Shown: piece after piece, positions 62,588 through 64,000 of the stretch
Numbering within the stretch: position 1 is the stretch's first letter
Layout of the letters: each line of letters begins with the position of its first letter
From: Macrostomum lignano
Lineage: Eukaryota
Assembly: GCA_002269645.1 (NCBI GenBank)
Contig: NIVC01001740.1
Span: 124,001-188,000 of the forward strand
Length of the DNA: 64,000 nucleotides
Direction of reading: 5' to 3'
Program-made: the position numbers and the translations under genes
Notes under the pieces: model-generated
The model's input: the letters and a program-made list of their open reading frames with translations, nothing else
Told to the model about the DNA's origin: nothing
The model's database searches: none

Positions 62588-64000
62588 GCCCAACCACCTC
62601 GCTCTTGCCTGCCGTCAGCCTCGGCAGTCAAACAGCAGCCGGACCCCACAGCAGCAAATCAGCACCAATGCTGTATTCACAGCTGCCGACGGCTCCGTCA
62701 ACGTGGATGTGTTCGCGCTGTACAACCACGACAAATACCCATCCGACGTCTCACTGACCGTGCAGGTGGCAAACCGGCAACTTCCTATGATGATTGACAG
62801 CGGAGCCAGCTGGAGCATCATGAGTCTCCACACCTTCAGAGCGCTCAGCCTGCCAAGCCCACGCCCAACAAGAGCCGAAGTTCGTGCCTACGGGGTCCGA
62901 CACCTCTCAGGATTGTGGGTACCACCAATCTTGACATCCAAGTGGGATCTGCCAGAACAACCGCGACCTTCCACATCATGGACGGCGACGGGCTGACGAT
63001 GCTGGGTCGCCAGCCTGCATTCAAGCTAGGAGTGCTGAAGATCCAGCGACCTGAAGCTACCAAGCCGCAAAACATAAACGCCATCGCCGACACCACACCC
63101 TCCGAGCAGTATAGCGACCCCCAGCTCAAGGCCATCCTGCAGAGGCACAAAAAAGTCTTCAACGGCATCGGCTGCATCAAGGGAGTAGAGGTCCAGGTCC
63201 AGCTGTACGATGACGTTGTTCCAGTCTACCAGGCGCCCTCACGTGTGGCGGCGCACCTGAAAGAGGCCGTAGTGGACGAGCTCAAGGCTTTGGAGGAGCA
63301 GGGCACCATTGAGGCAGTCAAAGGTCCCAGCGCCTGGGTGTCATGCATGGTGGTGGTGCCCAAGGGCGACGGTGGCGTCAGAATCTGCCAGGACCTCCGT
63401 GATCTCAACGCTTTCGTCATCCCAGAGAAGCAGCAAATCCCCACGCCGGACGAAATCACCGAGGAAATGGCAGACGCCAAGCTGTTCAGCAAACTCGATA
63501 TCCGGAAGGCTTTTTATCAGATCCCAGTCCACGAGAGCAGCCGTCACCTCTTCACCTTCAGCACGCCCCTCGGACTGATGCGGCTCAAGAGGCTCAGCAT
63601 GGGGTTCACAAATGCCTCGGAAATCCTTCAACGAGTCATGCTTGGCATCCTCAGTGGCATCAACGGCGTCTGGTAGCCGCACGACGACGTGGTGGTGTAC
63701 GCCCCCGACCTGAAGCAGCACCACGAGAGGCTGGACGCCTGCCTTCAGCACCTCCGAGAGTTCGGCATCAATCTCAATCAGGAAAAGTGCAGGTTCGCCC
63801 GGCCGACTGTCGAGTTTCTCGGCCGGATGCGCCTGACCGCCCGGGGCATGCAACCGGCCACCGAAAAAATTGACGCTATGCAGAACTTCCGAGAGCCCTC
63901 CAACGTGGCCGACGTCCGCTCTTTCCTGGGAACCGCTAACTTCCTGGCAAAGTTCATCCCGAACTTCGCTGACCTCGCTGCCCCACTCCGGCAGCTGACG
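62588..64000 (+). mobile_element. Ty3/Gypsy LTR retrotransposon gag-end/protease/RT fragment, defective, running off the window
   Basis: Aspartic protease MMIDSGAS; RT motifs WVSCMVVVPK, RICQDLRDLN, FSKLDIRKAFYQI, FSTPLG, MGFTNAS, HDD, EKCRF, VRSFLGTANF. Frameshift near 62915 and an in-frame TAG at 63674-63676; no LTR at the left junction. Confidence 0.93.

Noticed and set aside
1-64000. tRNA, rRNA, snRNA or SL RNA genes
   Set aside because: None recognised by eye; a covariance-model search (Infernal, tRNAscan-SE) would be needed to exclude them.

Overview
Eukaryotic (animal) genomic DNA: GC-rich exons with GT-AG introns, embedded in very large amounts of tandem repeat and AT-rich transposon debris. 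The style suggests a flatworm such as Macrostomum, but this is inference and cannot be confirmed from the window. Spliced genes reconstructed by hand with phase-compatible splice sites: ITPK1 (-), COX15 (-), an ankyrin-repeat/SOCS-box gene (-), a type II (alternative) NADH dehydrogenase (+), single-exon MICOS MIC26/MIC27 (+), a frameshifted calmodulin-like gene (-) and a secreted PAN + F-type lectin gene (-) with a second partial copy. Mobile DNA includes four TIR elements with recognisable target-site duplications and a truncated Ty3/Gypsy pol at the right edge. Most long ORFs in the supplied track are artefacts of stop-free tandem repeats. Main leads: (1) ITPK1 and COX15 have no in-frame ATG near their N-terminus but start in phase 0 after a 3' splice acceptor, as expected if a flatworm spliced leader ending in AUG supplies the start codon; (2) a complete NDH-2 in an animal; (3) nearly every long intron is filled by its own private minisatellite, several of which resemble amplified splice-site sequence; (4) directional C>T/G>A decay of repeat copies, reminiscent of RIP.
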